64,000 nt of DNA from an uncultured Chloroflexia bacterium (GTDB taxonomy: Bacteria; Chloroflexota; Limnocylindria; Limnocylindrales; CSP1-4). The position numbers were made by a program, and so were the translations under genes. Numbering within the stretch: position 1 is the stretch's first letter; each line of letters starts with the position of its first letter. This document shows, piece by piece, positions 38,844 through 49,602 of the stretch. The stretch covers positions 1,507,473 to 1,571,472 of the forward strand of contig CAVXPZ010000001.1 in the NCBI GenBank assembly GCA_963763775.1, in the 5' to 3' direction. Below the pieces are notes generated by a model. The model was not told the DNA's origin. It did not search any database and was given only the letters and a program-made list of their open reading frames with translations.

Positions 38844-39925
38844 CAGGCCTCCTCCTCGACCCCGACGATGTGTCGAAGGCCCTGGCTGTGGTAGCGCTCG
38901 ACCCAGCCCGGATGGTCGGGGTCGTGCCCACGCCGTACCGCGAGCGCGAAGGCGAGCAGCGCGACCGGCGCGACGGTCGTCAGGGCTGCGTGGTCCTCGT
39001 CGGCTGCGGCGGGGACCGGCAGCAGGGAGGCACCATCGATGTCCGACCGTGGCGCCACCTCGATGATCCGTGCCCCCCACGCGGCGGCATGCGCCGTCAC
39101 GTCCATCGTCGCCGCCCTTCCAGGCCCGTCCGGGGCGAGCGCGATGACGACGGACGACGCGTCGACGATCGTGGCGACACCAGAGGCCATCTCCCACGAC
39201 TCCGTGCCCTCGGCGTGCACGATCGCCATCTCCTTGAGCTTGAGCGCGGCCTCGAGCGCGGCCGGATAGGCGCCGCCGCTCCCGACGACGAAGAGGTGGG
39301 CGGCGTCAGCGAGCGCATCCGCGAGGGCAAGGACGCGGGGTTGGGCCGCCTCGATGGCGACCTCGGCATGGTCGGCGGCCGAGCGGATCGAGCGCCGGAT
39401 CGTCTCGGCGCGATCGCCGCCGAGGAGCTCGGCGAGCACCAGCTCGGTCGCGACGAGGGTCGCGGCGAACGTCTTGGTCATCACCGGGACGTGGCTCGGT
39501 CCGCCGGCCGAACGGACCACGTGGTCGGCGCTGCCGTCGAGCGTGCTCCCCGGCACGTGGACGACCGCCACGGTGGGGATGCGGCCGCGGAGCGCGTCGA
39601 CGACGCCGACGACATCGCGGAACTCGCCGGACGCCGAGATGCCCAGGACGGCGTCGCCGGCACCGAGCCGTGGTGGGTAGGTCCGGAACTCGCCCGCGGT
39701 GAGCGGGATGACGACCGGGTCGTCCGGCATGGCATACCGGCGATAGAGCGTCGCGGCGGCGAGCGAGGAGTGGTACGAGGTCCCGTTCCCGATCACGTGG
39801 AGACGGCGGACCCCGCCCTGGCGCAGGGCCGAGGCTGCCGCACGGGCCGCCTCAAGGCTGGCGTCGAGCGTGCTTCGGATCGCGTCCGGCTCGGCCGCGA
39901 TCTCGGCGGGGATGATCCCGTTCAT
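38843..39925 (-). CDS. Double SIS-domain sugar-phosphate isomerase/deaminase (AgaS/GlmS-C-like)
   Basis: EIAAEP, GNGTSYH, ISASGE, TKTF, ALEAALKLKE. Confidence 0.85.
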   Translation of the reverse strand: MNGIIPAEIAAEPDAIRSTLDASLEAARAAASALRQGGVRRLHVIGNGTSYHSSLAAATLYRRYAMPDDPVVIPLTAGEFRTYPPRLGAGDAVLGISASGEFRDVVGVVDALRGRIPTVAVVHVPGSTLDGSADHVVRSAGGPSHVPVMTKTFAATLVATELVLAELLGGDRAETIRRSIRSAADHAEVAIEAAQPRVLALADALADAAHLFVVGSGGAYPAALEAALKLKEMAIVHAEGTESWEMASGVATIVDASSVVIALAPDGPGRAATMDVTAHAAAWGARIIEVAPRSDIDGASLLPVPAAADEDHAALTTVAPVALLAFALAVRRGHDPDHPGWVERYHSQGLRHIVGVEEEA

Positions 39926-40698
39926 GCGGTCACGGCGCTCCGTTCCGGGGCACCGGCCAGGATGACGCGGACGCCGCCCGCCTCCAGGGCGGCAACCTCC
40001 CGTGGGTCGGCATCGCGGTCGGTCACGACCGTGTCCACCTGGTCGATGCCGAAGACGTACGCGGGAGCGACCGCGCCGAGCTTCGAGCTGTCGGCGAGCA
40101 CGATGCAGGCACGAGCCGCGCGACGGAGCGCGCGGTCGGTGAGGATCTCGGGGATCGAGTCGTTCATGAGGCCGTGCTCGGCGCCGAGCGCGCCGATCCC
40201 CATGAACAGGGCGTCCGCGCGAAGCTCCATCAGGGCGAGCTCGGCGAGGTGGCCGAGCATCGAATGCATGCCCGGCCGGACGACACCGCCGAGGACGACG
40301 AGCTCGATGCCGGGCCGGTCGAGCATCACGTCCGCGACGTCGAGCGCATTCGTGATCACGGTCAACCGGCGGTCGACGAGGTGACGGGCCAGTTCGAGCG
40401 CCGTCGATCCGCTCGAGATCGCGATCGTCTGGCCGTCCTCGACGAGGGATGCGGCCGCGGCGCCGATCGCGCGCTTGGCACCGAGGCGAGGGTCGAGCAC
40501 GTCGCGCCCGGGCCCCATCCGCCCGGCCGCGGCGCCGCCGTAGGTCCGCACCAGGACGCCGTCGGCGGCGAGCCGCGCGAGGTCGCGTCGGATCGTGGAC
40601 GGCGTCACGCCGAGGTCCCGTGCCAGCGTGTCGACGCTCGCCTGCCCTTCCTCGTCGAGGAGGGCGAGCAGCTGCGTGCGGCGGTCGCTGCTCAACAT
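39922..40698 (-). CDS. DeoR/GlpR family transcriptional regulator
   Basis: LARDLGVTPSTIRRDL..L...G.LVRTYGGA, GST, VITNA, ADSSKLG. Confidence 0.92.
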   Translation of the reverse strand: MLSSDRRTQLLALLDEEGQASVDTLARDLGVTPSTIRRDLARLAADGVLVRTYGGAAAGRMGPGRDVLDPRLGAKRAIGAAAASLVEDGQTIAISSGSTALELARHLVDRRLTVITNALDVADVMLDRPGIELVVLGGVVRPGMHSMLGHLAELALMELRADALFMGIGALGAEHGLMNDSIPEILTDRALRRAARACIVLADSSKLGAVAPAYVFGIDQVDTVVTDRDADPREVAALEAGGVRVILAGAPERSAVTA

Positions 40699-40704
40699 GC
40701 GCGC

Positions 40705-40794
40705 ATGCTGTGCCCGGCGCGCGCAGATTGTCAAGATGTGTCGCGCGTTTCGCGTCGAGGAGCGGTTGTCATCGCGCAGAACGCGCGCTAGCAT
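40705..40794. promoter_or_regulatory. Divergent sigma70-type promoters (DeoR operon / aldolase operon)
   Basis: Plus strand: TTGTCA (40766), 17 bp, TAGCAT (40789). Minus strand: TTGACA (40734-40729), 18 bp, CAGCAT. Confidence 0.55.
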
Positions 40795-40823
40795 CGGGTC
40801 CTCCGTCCGCTCGAGGTGCATCG

Positions 40824-41795
40824 ATGGCCTTCCTGCCCGGCACGCGTCGTGGGCTCGACGCCTGCGCATCGCCGCGCGGGACGTTCGCCGTCCTGGCCCT
40901 CGACCATCGTCAGAACCTGCGCCGCGAACTCCACCCGGACGCCCCGGAGTCGACGACGTTCAAGGAGATGGTCGAGTTCAAACGGGCGGTCGTTCGGGCG
41001 CTCGCCGCGCACGCGACCGGCACCCTGCTCGACCCGGAGATCGGCGCCGCCCAGGCGATCGCCGACGGCTCGCTCCCGGGTGGAACGGGCCTGCTCGTGG
41101 CGATCGAGGCGACCGGCTACGAAGGGCCTTCGACGGCGCGGGTGTCCAGGGTCCTGCCGGGCTGGTCGGTCGAACAGGCGAAGCGGATGGGCGCGTCGGC
41201 GGCGAAGCTGCTCGTCTACTACCACCCCGATGCGGCGAACGCCGCGACACAGGAGCAGCTCGTGGCCGAGGTCGCGGCCGAGTGCGTCCGGCTCGACCTG
41301 CCCCTGTTCGTCGAGCCGCTCGGCTATGACCCGGCGACCGGCGGCAAACTCGCCGGCGAGCGGCGTCGCGCGTGCGTCGTCGAGACCGCGCGGCGTCTCA
41401 GCCGCCTCGGAGGGACGATCCTGAAGGCCGAGTTCCCGTACGACGCGTCGGTGACGGACGAAGCGGCCTGGTCGTCGGCCTGCGCCGAGCTCGACGAAGC
41501 GTCCTCGGTGCCCTGGGTCCTGCTGTCGGGCGGGGTCGACGATGCGACGTTCGAGCGCCAGGTCGCCGTCGCCTGCAGGTCCGGGGCGTCGGGCGTGCTC
41601 GTCGGACGGTCGGTCTGGGCCCCGGCGGCGACGCTGCCGCCTGCCGACCGGGATGCCTGGCTGGCCAGCGAGGGACGGGACCGGCTCGACGCGCTGGCGC
41701 GGCTGGTCGACGAGCTCGCCTTGCCGTGGCACGAACGGCCGAACGCCGGGCTCGCCTTCGAGGTGCCCGGCGAGGGCTGGTACCGACGATACTGA
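40824..41795 (+). CDS. lacD: Tagatose-1,6-bisphosphate aldolase (LacD family)
   Basis: LALDHR, LLDPE, KLLVYYHPD, FVEPL, LKAEFP, PWVLLSGGV, GASGVLVGRSVW. Confidence 0.85.
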   Translation: MAFLPGTRRGLDACASPRGTFAVLALDHRQNLRRELHPDAPESTTFKEMVEFKRAVVRALAAHATGTLLDPEIGAAQAIADGSLPGGTGLLVAIEATGYEGPSTARVSRVLPGWSVEQAKRMGASAAKLLVYYHPDAANAATQEQLVAEVAAECVRLDLPLFVEPLGYDPATGGKLAGERRRACVVETARRLSRLGGTILKAEFPYDASVTDEAAWSSACAELDEASSVPWVLLSGGVDDATFERQVAVACRSGASGVLVGRSVWAPAATLPPADRDAWLASEGRDRLDALARLVDELALPWHERPNAGLAFEVPGEGWYRRY

Positions 41796-41801
41796 GCGAC
41801 G

Positions 41802-42782
41802 ATGACCGATCGGGCGCGTGACGCGCGGGACACCGGGCGCGACATCGACGTCCTCGTGCTGGGCGAGATCAATCCGGATGTGATCGTCCGAGCCCCGGAC
41901 CCGCGGCCGACGTTCGGTCAGGTCGAGCGACTCGTCGACTCGATCGACCTGGTGATCGGCAGCTCGTCGGCGATCTTCGCCTGCGGGGCGGTCCGACTCG
42001 GGTTGCGGACGGCGTTCGTCGGCGTCGTTGGAGACGACCCGCTCGGCCGGTTCATGCTCGAGGCGATGCGGATGCGCGGCGTCGACGTCACGGCCTGCCG
42101 CGTCGACGAGGCCGTGCCGACCGGCGCGTCCGTCATCCTCACGACCGGCGCCGACCGGGCGATCCTCACGGCGTCGGGCACGATCCCGCTGCTCCGCGAC
42201 GAGGACGTCCCGGACGCGCTCGTCGAGCGAGCCCGTCACCTGCACGTCGGCAGCGTGTTCCTCCTCGATGCGTTCCGGCCACGGCTCGCGGGCCGGCTGC
42301 GCGCCGCGCGCCTGGCGGGGTTGACGACGTCCGTTGATGCCAACTGGGACCCACGCGAGACCTGGGACGGCGGCCTGCTCGACGCCCTCGCCGAGACGGA
42401 TGTCTTCCTGCCGAACGCCGCCGAGGCGACCCGTATCGCCGGGACCGACGACGTCGAGGCCGCGGCGCGTGCGCTGGTCGCGAGGGGGCCGCGCGTCGTC
42501 GCGGTGAAGTGCGGGACGGACGGCGCGATCGCCGTCGAGCGGGACGGCACCCTGACGCGAGTCCCGGCACTCGCCGTCGACGCGGTCGACACGACCGGCG
42601 CCGGAGACTCGTTCGACGCCGGGTTCCTGGCAGGGTTCCTCGATGGGCGCGCGATCCAGGACTGTCTCGCCCTCGGCGTCGCCGCGGGGTCGCTCTCCAC
42701 CCTCGGGATCGGGGGGACCGAGGCCCAGCCGACGCTCCACTCGGCCGAGTCGGCCGCCCGCGCCGCCGGCCTGCTCTCGTGA
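41802..42782 (+). CDS. PfkB family carbohydrate kinase
   Basis: VGVVGDD..G, PN..E, VKCG..GA, DTTGAGDSF. Confidence 0.92.
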   Translation: MTDRARDARDTGRDIDVLVLGEINPDVIVRAPDPRPTFGQVERLVDSIDLVIGSSSAIFACGAVRLGLRTAFVGVVGDDPLGRFMLEAMRMRGVDVTACRVDEAVPTGASVILTTGADRAILTASGTIPLLRDEDVPDALVERARHLHVGSVFLLDAFRPRLAGRLRAARLAGLTTSVDANWDPRETWDGGLLDALAETDVFLPNAAEATRIAGTDDVEAAARALVARGPRVVAVKCGTDGAIAVERDGTLTRVPALAVDAVDTTGAGDSFDAGFLAGFLDGRAIQDCLALGVAAGSLSTLGIGGTEAQPTLHSAESAARAAGLLS

Positions 42783-43855
42783 ACCCCGACGGGACCACGC
42801 CTGGGGTCGCGCTGCTCGCGGCTCCCGCTTCGGACGCCTGGCCACGCCGGCTGGTGTGCGTGTCGGTCAATGCGGCCATCGACAAGATCGAGGCGGTCGA
42901 CCGGCTCGTGCCCGGCGATGTCCATCGGCCGGACGTGCTGTCCGTCGTCCCGGGCGGCAAGGCGCTCAATGTCGCACGCGCGGCGGCGGCCCTCGGGCTG
43001 CCGGTCCGGGCGATCGCCGTGCTCGGCGGCCATGCCGGCGACTGGATGGAGGCGGCGCTCCGGGCGAGGGGCATCGAGACCGGGGCCGTGCGCGCCCACG
43101 GCGAGACGCGGACCTGCGTCTCGGTCCTGGACCGAACCCACGGGACGTTGACCGAGTTCTACGAGCCGGGCCTGGCGCTCGGCGCGGCCGACTGGACCGC
43201 GGTCGAGGATGCCCTGCGATCGGCCCTCGCGGACGACCCGGCCGGGACGGTCGTCGTGCTTGCCGGGAGCCTGCCACCGGGGGCGCCGGACCGCGGGTAC
43301 GCCGACCTGACCGGCATCGCCACGGCGGCGGGTGCGCGGACCGTCGTCGATGCGGACCGTTCAGCGCTCGTCGAGGCGCTCGCGGCCCGGCCGTGGCTCG
43401 TGAAGGTCAATGCGCGCGAGGCCGCGGCGGCCGCCGCGGCTACGGGGCGTGCGGGCGGTGCCGCGCGCCCGGACCCCTCGACGATGGCGGCGGACGGCGA
43501 AGGCCCGACCGTCGAGGCGGCCCGCATGATCCGCGCCGCGACCGGTGGTGCCGTCCTCGTCACGCGGGGCATGGACGGGGCCGTGCTCGTGGATGAAGCC
43601 GGGTCCGCTTGGCGGATCGGCGGTCCGCCGGAGCGCGGCCGATTCCCCGTCGGCAGCGGCAATTCGCTGCTGGCCGGGCTCCTCGTCGCGCTGTCGCGCG
43701 GGTACCCCCTCACCGAAGCCGCGCGACGCGGCGTGGCCGTCGGAGCCGCCAACGCCCTCGTCCCCGGCCAGGGCGAACTGGACCCGGCGGATGCCGACCG
43801 GATCCTGCCCGCGATCGCGGTGGAGCCGATCAGGCCGGGTGCAACCGCGCCTTGA
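42779..43855 (+). CDS. 1-phosphofructokinase/tagatose-6-phosphate kinase (LacC-like)
   Basis: NAAIDK, PGGKALNVAR, GETR, AGSLPPG, KVNARE, VGSGNS (the usual GSGD Asp appears as Asn). Confidence 0.85.
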   Translation: MNPDGTTPGVALLAAPASDAWPRRLVCVSVNAAIDKIEAVDRLVPGDVHRPDVLSVVPGGKALNVARAAAALGLPVRAIAVLGGHAGDWMEAALRARGIETGAVRAHGETRTCVSVLDRTHGTLTEFYEPGLALGAADWTAVEDALRSALADDPAGTVVVLAGSLPPGAPDRGYADLTGIATAAGARTVVDADRSALVEALAARPWLVKVNAREAAAAAAATGRAGGAARPDPSTMAADGEGPTVEAARMIRAATGGAVLVTRGMDGAVLVDEAGSAWRIGGPPERGRFPVGSGNSLLAGLLVALSRGYPLTEAARRGVAVGAANALVPGQGELDPADADRILPAIAVEPIRPGATAP

Positions 43856-45119
43856 GCGCCGAGATACGCTGCCACGACGCATCGATCCGTGCCGGGTCGA
43901 TGCGGCCGGCACGCACCGCCGCCTCGATGATGTCGATCGTCTTCGCCACGATGCCGCGCTCGAAGAGCTGCTCGTTCGCGATCGTCAGGATGTCGGCGCC
44001 CGCGATGATGGCCTGCTCGACGGCGGTCGTGTACCCGTAGGCCTGCCGGATCGCGCCCATCTGGAGGTCGTCGGTGATGACGACGCCGTCGAAGCCCAAG
44101 TCGTGGCGAAGCATCCCGTCGATGACCTTCGGTGACAGCGACGCCGGATAGTCGGCGTCGAGCTTCTTGTCGAACACGTGCGCGACGAGGACGGTATCCG
44201 CCTGGCCGGCCGCGATGATGTCGCGGAACGGCTCGAGCTCGGTCTTCGTCCAGGTCGAGGTCACGTCGACCCAGCCGAGGTGCGTGTCCGCCGTCGAGCT
44301 GCCATGGCCCGGGAAATGCTTCAGCGAGCCCGCGATGCCGGCGTCGTGGAGGCCGGCGAGGTAGGCGAGGCCCTGGCGCGCGACGACGGCCGGGTCCGCG
44401 GAGAAGCTCCGGTCGAGCGCCCCGATGACGGGGTTGCGCGGGTTCACGTCGAGGTCGACGACCGGCGCGAGGTCCAGGTCGATGCCAAGGTCGGCGAGCG
44501 TGTGGCCGATCGCTCGGGCCCGTCGCTGCGTGTACGCGGCGTCGTCGCGCGCCCCGAGGGCCGCCTCGGACACGGTCTTCGGGAAGCCGTATCGCGCCTT
44601 CAGGCGGTCCACCTCGCCGCCTTCCTCGTCGATCGCGACGAGGAGCGGGATCGTCGCCGCCGCCCGGAGACCGGCGACGAGGGCGCGGACCTGCGCGGGC
44701 GACCGGACGTTGCGGTCGTACGTGCCCGGACGGCGTGTCGTAGTCGAAGAGCAGGACGCCGCCGAGACCGTGGTCGCGGATGTCGGCGACGGTCGATGCG
44801 GCCTCCTTCGTCGTCATGCCGCGGAAACCGACGAGCAGCATCTGGCCGATCTTGGCGCGGAGATCGGGCTCGGCGGCGGACGGGGACGATGGGCGCTCGG
44901 ACGTGGGCGGTGGCGGCGGGCTGGCGCTCGGGGCGGGCTGGCGGGGACGGCCCGCGCCGTCGGCGAGGCCGATCCGCGGGGTCGCGCCGTCGCTGACGGC
45001 GACCGCGACGGGATCGCGTCCGCGCAGGCCGCGACGACGATCGCGACCGCGGCGGCCGCGAGCCCCCCGAGGAAGGCCCGACGCGAGATGCCGGCAGCGG
45101 GTACTCGGGGGTCGCTCAC
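43830..45119 (-). CDS. GH3 beta-N-acetylhexosaminidase, Tat-lipoprotein (frameshifted)
   Basis: SRRAFLGG...VAAC signal, IDEEGG.VDRL, APVVD, RSFS, KHFPGHG...DTH, ITDDLQM, across several frames. Confidence 0.82.
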
Positions 45120-45318
45120 CCGCGCATCTTGCAACGGATCTCGTCGAAGGCCCTTTCGGGCGCCGACGCGCATACTCGGTTCATCGGCAGGAGGCATCTG
45201 GGCTCTCGAGTCCTCGCCAGCGCGACGCCCCTCAACCGGTCGCCAAGACCGCCGCGCTGGGCCAATGGCGAGTCCGACCCGCCGTCGTCGGGCGCGCATG
45301 CGCCCTGGAGGTCCTCCC

Positions 45319-45675
45319 ATGCCGATGATGGCTGTCGCATTCCCGATCCTGCCCGGAAAGACCGACGAGTGGCGCGCCTGGATGGCCGAGGTCAACGGCC
45401 CGCGACGCGACGAGTTCGAGGCGTCCCGCCGGGCCGCCGGGGTCCGCGAGCGGACCTACCTCCAGTCGACGCCGATGGGCGACCTGGTGATCGTGACCCT
45501 CGAGGGCAGCGATCCGGGTCGAGCCTTCGGGAAGATGTTGAGCGCGGACGACGCCTTCACCGCGTGGTTCATCGAGCGCGCCAAGGCGGTCCACGGGGTC
45601 GATCTGTCCGTCCGGCCGACCAGCGCGCCGTCCGAGCAGGTCATCGATACCGAAGCGGCCCTCGCCCCGGCCTGA
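45319..45675 (+). CDS. Hypothetical protein (118 aa)
   Basis: GGAGG RBS, then MPMMAVAFPILPGKTDEWRAW...ERTYLQSTPMGDLVIVTLEG; GC3-biased codons. Confidence 0.75.
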   Translation: MPMMAVAFPILPGKTDEWRAWMAEVNGPRRDEFEASRRAAGVRERTYLQSTPMGDLVIVTLEGSDPGRAFGKMLSADDAFTAWFIERAKAVHGVDLSVRPTSAPSEQVIDTEAALAPA

Positions 45676-45762
45676 TCCTCGACGCCCGCGCGGCGGGCAC
45701 GCACGCGGAGGCCGCTCGCTCTCGGCGGGCGGCCTTCGTTCGCGCCTCGACGGATCGTCGGC

Positions 45763-46431
45763 CTAGGCCCTGGCCGTCCCCGCCGCATCGAAGGCCATGG
45801 CCCGCTGGAGGGCGGCGGCCCGCAGGTCCGCCGGGACCTCGACCGCGCCACCGATGCCGCTCGCGTTGATCGCGGCCTGCGCCGCCTCCTCGATGATCCC
45901 GCCGGTCAGCACCGCGAGCTCCGGCGTGCGGTGGAACACGAGGACGCCGTGGTTGGCCAGCAGGACCGCCGGGTTGCCCGGCAGCATGGCCGCACGGATG
46001 TTCGCCACGGCCTCATCGGAGCCACGCGGCCCGTAGCCGGCGATCGGGACCCCGTCCGGGAGCCCGAACATCGCGAGCGCCTCCACCCAGCAGCCGATCG
46101 GCCGATTGGCGACGGCGAAGGCCGTCGCATACGGCGAGTGCGTGTGGACCACGCAGCCCACCTCGGCCCGGTCCTGGTACATCGCGGTGTGCATCGCCAC
46201 GACGGCGCCCTGGATCGGCGGCAGCGCGCCCTCCCGGAGGCCGCCATCGAGGCCGACCCGCACGACGCCGTCGGGCGTCATCCCGCGGAGCGACGGCGCG
46301 GAGGTGAAGTACATCTCGTCCGAATCGGGCACGCGGACGCTGACGTTGCCGTGGCCGTTGTGGGAGATGGCCCCGCTCGCGACCACCCGCGCGGCCGCGT
46401 CCAGCACCTGGTCCACGATGGCCTTGTCCAC
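45763..46431 (-). CDS. Class II aldolase/adducin family protein
   Basis: GNVSVR, MH...Y, VVHTHSPYATAFA, AVLLANHG. Confidence 0.9.
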   Translation of the reverse strand: MDKAIVDQVLDAAARVVASGAISHNGHGNVSVRVPDSDEMYFTSAPSLRGMTPDGVVRVGLDGGLREGALPPIQGAVVAMHTAMYQDRAEVGCVVHTHSPYATAFAVANRPIGCWVEALAMFGLPDGVPIAGYGPRGSDEAVANIRAAMLPGNPAVLLANHGVLVFHRTPELAVLTGGIIEEAAQAAINASGIGGAVEVPADLRAAALQRAMAFDAAGTARA

Positions 46432-46562
46432 GTCGGGCTCCCTTCGATGTGTCGGTCGGTGGGTGGTCTCGTGTGCACGCTACATCGTGGCGAAGCGACG
46501 CGTCCGTCCCGCGACCCGGTCCGGCCCGACGCGGGGACCGCGGGGCTCCGTACCATCGCGTC

Positions 46563-48550
46563 GTGACGCCAACGTCCTCCCCGATCGCGTTCCCGCGGCT
46601 GTTCGAGCCGCTGCGGATCGGCAGCGTGACGGTCCGCAACCGCATCGTCTCGTCCGGCCACGACACGGTGATGGCCGTCGACGGGTTCGTGACCGAGCAG
46701 CTCGTCGCCTACCAGGCCGCCCGGGCCGCCGGCGGCGTCGGTCTGATCGTCGTCCAGGTCGCCGGCGTCCACGAGAGTGCCCGCTACACCTCGCACGTCC
46801 TGATGGCCACCGAGGACGCCTGCATCCCCGGCTTCCGGCGCCTCGCCGACGCGGTCCACGGCCATGGCGCCGCGATCGTCGGCCAGATCTTCCACGACGG
46901 CCGCGAGCTGATGGAGTCGATGGACGGCACGCTGCCCGTCGCGCTCGCCCCGTCCGCGGTCCCCAACGAGCGGTTCCACGTGATGCCCCGCGCGATGCCG
47001 ATCCCGCTCATCGAGGAGATCCGCGAAGGCTACGCCTCCGCCGCCCGACGGCTTCGCGACGCCGGCCTCGACGGCGTCGAGGTGGTCGCGAGTCACGGCT
47101 ACCTCCCGGCCCAGTTCCTCAACCCGCGGGTCAACCTCCGGACGGACCAGTACGGCGGCAGCCCGGAGAACCGGCTGCGGTTCCTGCGCGAGGTCATCGC
47201 GGCCATCCGTGCCGAGGTCGGACGCGAGCCCGTCGTCGGCCTGCGGATCTCCATCGACGAGATCACGCCGGAGGGCCTCACGCCCGACGACGTGCTGCCG
47301 GCGCTCGCGATCCTCGACGCCGACGGGCTCATCGACTACGTCTCGGTGGTGGCGGGGACGTCGGCGACCCTCGCCGGCTCGGACCACATCGTGCCGCCGA
47401 TGACCGTGCCGAACGCCTACACCGCCCCGCTCGCCGCGCAGGCGAAGACCGTCGTGTCCGTGCCGGTCATCGTGGCCGGGCGGATCAACCAGCCGCAGGA
47501 GGCCGAGCGCGTCCTCGAGCTCGGGCAGGCCGACGCCTGCGTGATGACCCGCGCGCTGATCTGCGATCCGCTCCTGCCGATGAAGGCGGCCGACGGCCGC
47601 GTCGACGAGATCCGGGCCTGCATCGGCTGCAACCAGGCGTGCATCGGCCACTTCCACGCGGGCTACCCGATCTCGTGCATCCAGTACCCGGAGAGCGGCC
47701 GCGAGCTGGAGTTCGGCGAGACCGCGGCGCCGCGGCCCCGGCCCGCGACGTCATGGTGGTCGGCGGCGGCCCGGGCGGCCTCAAGGCCGCGGCGGTCGCC
47801 GCGTCGCGCGGCCACCGGGTGACCCTGTACGAAGCTGCGCGACGGGTCGGCGGTCAGGCCCTGCTGGCGGAGCGGCTGCCCGGCCGGGCCGAGTTCGGCG
47901 GGGTCGTGACCAACCTCCTGGGCGAGGCCGAGCGGGCCGGGGTCCGGATCGTCACCGGCACGACCGTCGACCTGGACCTGGTCGCCCGCGAGCGGCCGGA
48001 CGTCGTGATCGTGGCCACGGGAGCCGGGCCGCGGCACCCGCCGATCGAGCTCAGCGGCGCACCGGTCGTGCTCGATGCCTGGGAGATCCTGCGGGGCGCC
48101 GAGGTCCCGGCCGGCCGGGTCGTCGTCGCCGACTGGCGCTGCGACTGGATCGGTCTCGGCCTGGCGGAGCTGCTGGCGGGCCGCGGCCACAAGGTCACGC
48201 TCGGCGTCGACGGGTATATGCCCGGCCAGCGGATCCAGCAGTACGTCCGCGACGCGATGACCGGCGCCGTCGCCCGGGCCGGCGTCGAGGTCCTGCCACT
48301 CGTGCGGCTGTTCGGGTACGACGGGTCCGCCGTGTTCCTCCAGCACGTGCTCACCGGCGATGCGGTGATCGTGGAGGACGTGGCCGCGCTCGTGCTCGCC
48401 CAGGGGCACGACCCGGTCGACGGCCTGCTGACGGCACTCGAGGCCCCGGGCGCCTTCGATGGCGAGGTCCACGGGATCGGCGACTGCCTCGCGCCGCGGA
48501 CGGTCGAGGAAGCCGTCCTCGAAGGCCTCCGGGTCGCCAGCGCGATCTAG
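46563..48550 (+). CDS. NADH:flavin oxidoreductase (OYE + Fe-S + FAD domains), one frameshift near 47745
   Basis: LFEPLRIG..RNRIV, SHGYL..QFL, RTDQYGGS.ENRLRF, CIGCNQAC; then VVGGGPGG and IGDC.APR in the next frame. Confidence 0.88.
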
Positions 48551-48596
48551 CCGGCGACGAGTCGCGGCCCGGCTGACCGGACGCGCCCGCCCGGCA

Positions 48597-49562
48597 TCAA
48601 GGCGCGAGCGTCAGCGGCGAGTACCCCGCCTTGGCGATCGCATCGGCGAAGTAGTCCTGCCCGCCCTGGTTCAGGTCGCCGTACTGCTCGGAGAACCAAC
48701 CCGACGGGAGCGGCTTGTCGCCCTTCGGCCCGTTGATCGCGTGGTAGATGTCGACGCAGGTCGCCCCATGCTGCTCGGCCGTCGAGCAGAGGTCCTTGTT
48801 CCAGCGGTCCAGGAACGTGCGGGCGCTCGTCGCTGCCTGGGCGATGGCCGCCTTCGGCCAGTTCGGCTCGTACTCCGGCCCGGCGAGCAGGTCGTTGTAC
48901 TGGGTCGTGACCCGTACCGCGGTCGGCTTGCCGGCACGGATCGACTCGATCTCGTCGAGGATCGCGCCGAGGTCCCTGATGAACGGCACCTCGACCCGCT
49001 CGATGCATGCCTTGTCGTAGACGGCGCCGCAGGGGTCGACGTCTTCCGCCCACGGCATGTGGTTGGCTGACACCGTCAGGGTGATGAGGTCCGCCGCGGC
49101 GATGGCCGTGCGGGGGCTGGGGCCGTCCGTCCGCATCGGGAAGCCGTCGACCTGGAACCACTCGTCGAGTTTGATCTCGTCGAGGAGTGTCGGGGCGTCG
49201 AGACCGTTGTGTTGGCTCTCGTCGAGCAGCGTCACCGACTTGCCGGTATCGGCGGTGATCCGTTTCGCCAGGATGTGGGGATACGTTTCGCACGGGTAGC
49301 CGCAGTCCCCCCAGGCGCCATAGACGTTCGAATCGCCCATCGCGAGGTAGACGAGATCCGTCGCAGCGAGGCTCGGGGCCGGCGTCGGCGTCGGCACATC
49401 GGCGGCGCTCGCTGCCGCACTCGGCGACCCCGCCGTGGGGGATGCGGCACTGGAGGACGGGCTCGGCGTGGCGACCGGTGAGCCGCCGGAACAGGCAAGG
49501 ACGAGCAGCGCCGGCAGCAGGCCCCACGAACGTCGTGCGAGACCTTGGCTGGATCGGATCAT
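48597..49562 (-). CDS. SGNH/GDSL hydrolase-like lipoprotein
   Basis: LVLAC lipobox, YLAMGDS, TLTVSAN. Block V reads YGDLNQGG, lacking the usual DxxH His. Confidence 0.75.
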   Translation of the reverse strand: MIRSSQGLARRSWGLLPALLVLACSGGSPVATPSPSSSAASPTAGSPSAAASAADVPTPTPAPSLAATDLVYLAMGDSNVYGAWGDCGYPCETYPHILAKRITADTGKSVTLLDESQHNGLDAPTLLDEIKLDEWFQVDGFPMRTDGPSPRTAIAAADLITLTVSANHMPWAEDVDPCGAVYDKACIERVEVPFIRDLGAILDEIESIRAGKPTAVRVTTQYNDLLAGPEYEPNWPKAAIAQAATSARTFLDRWNKDLCSTAEQHGATCVDIYHAINGPKGDKPLPSGWFSEQYGDLNQGGQDYFADAIAKAGYSPLTLAP

Positions 49563-49602
49563 CGTGTCGCTCCCTCACGGTGCCCGACCCAGGACCCGGC
49601 CG

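Noticed and set aside
40788-42845. Long antisense or alternative-frame ORFs (also 597-1676, 10801-12825, 15943-17496, 38870-40384 and others)
   Set aside because: They shadow well-supported genes, are Arg/Gly/Pro-rich, and are expected in high-GC DNA with few stop codons.
47730-47760. Programmed ribosomal frameshift in the flavin oxidoreductase
   Set aside because: No slippery heptamer, and the family is normally a single ORF. It fits the general indel pattern.
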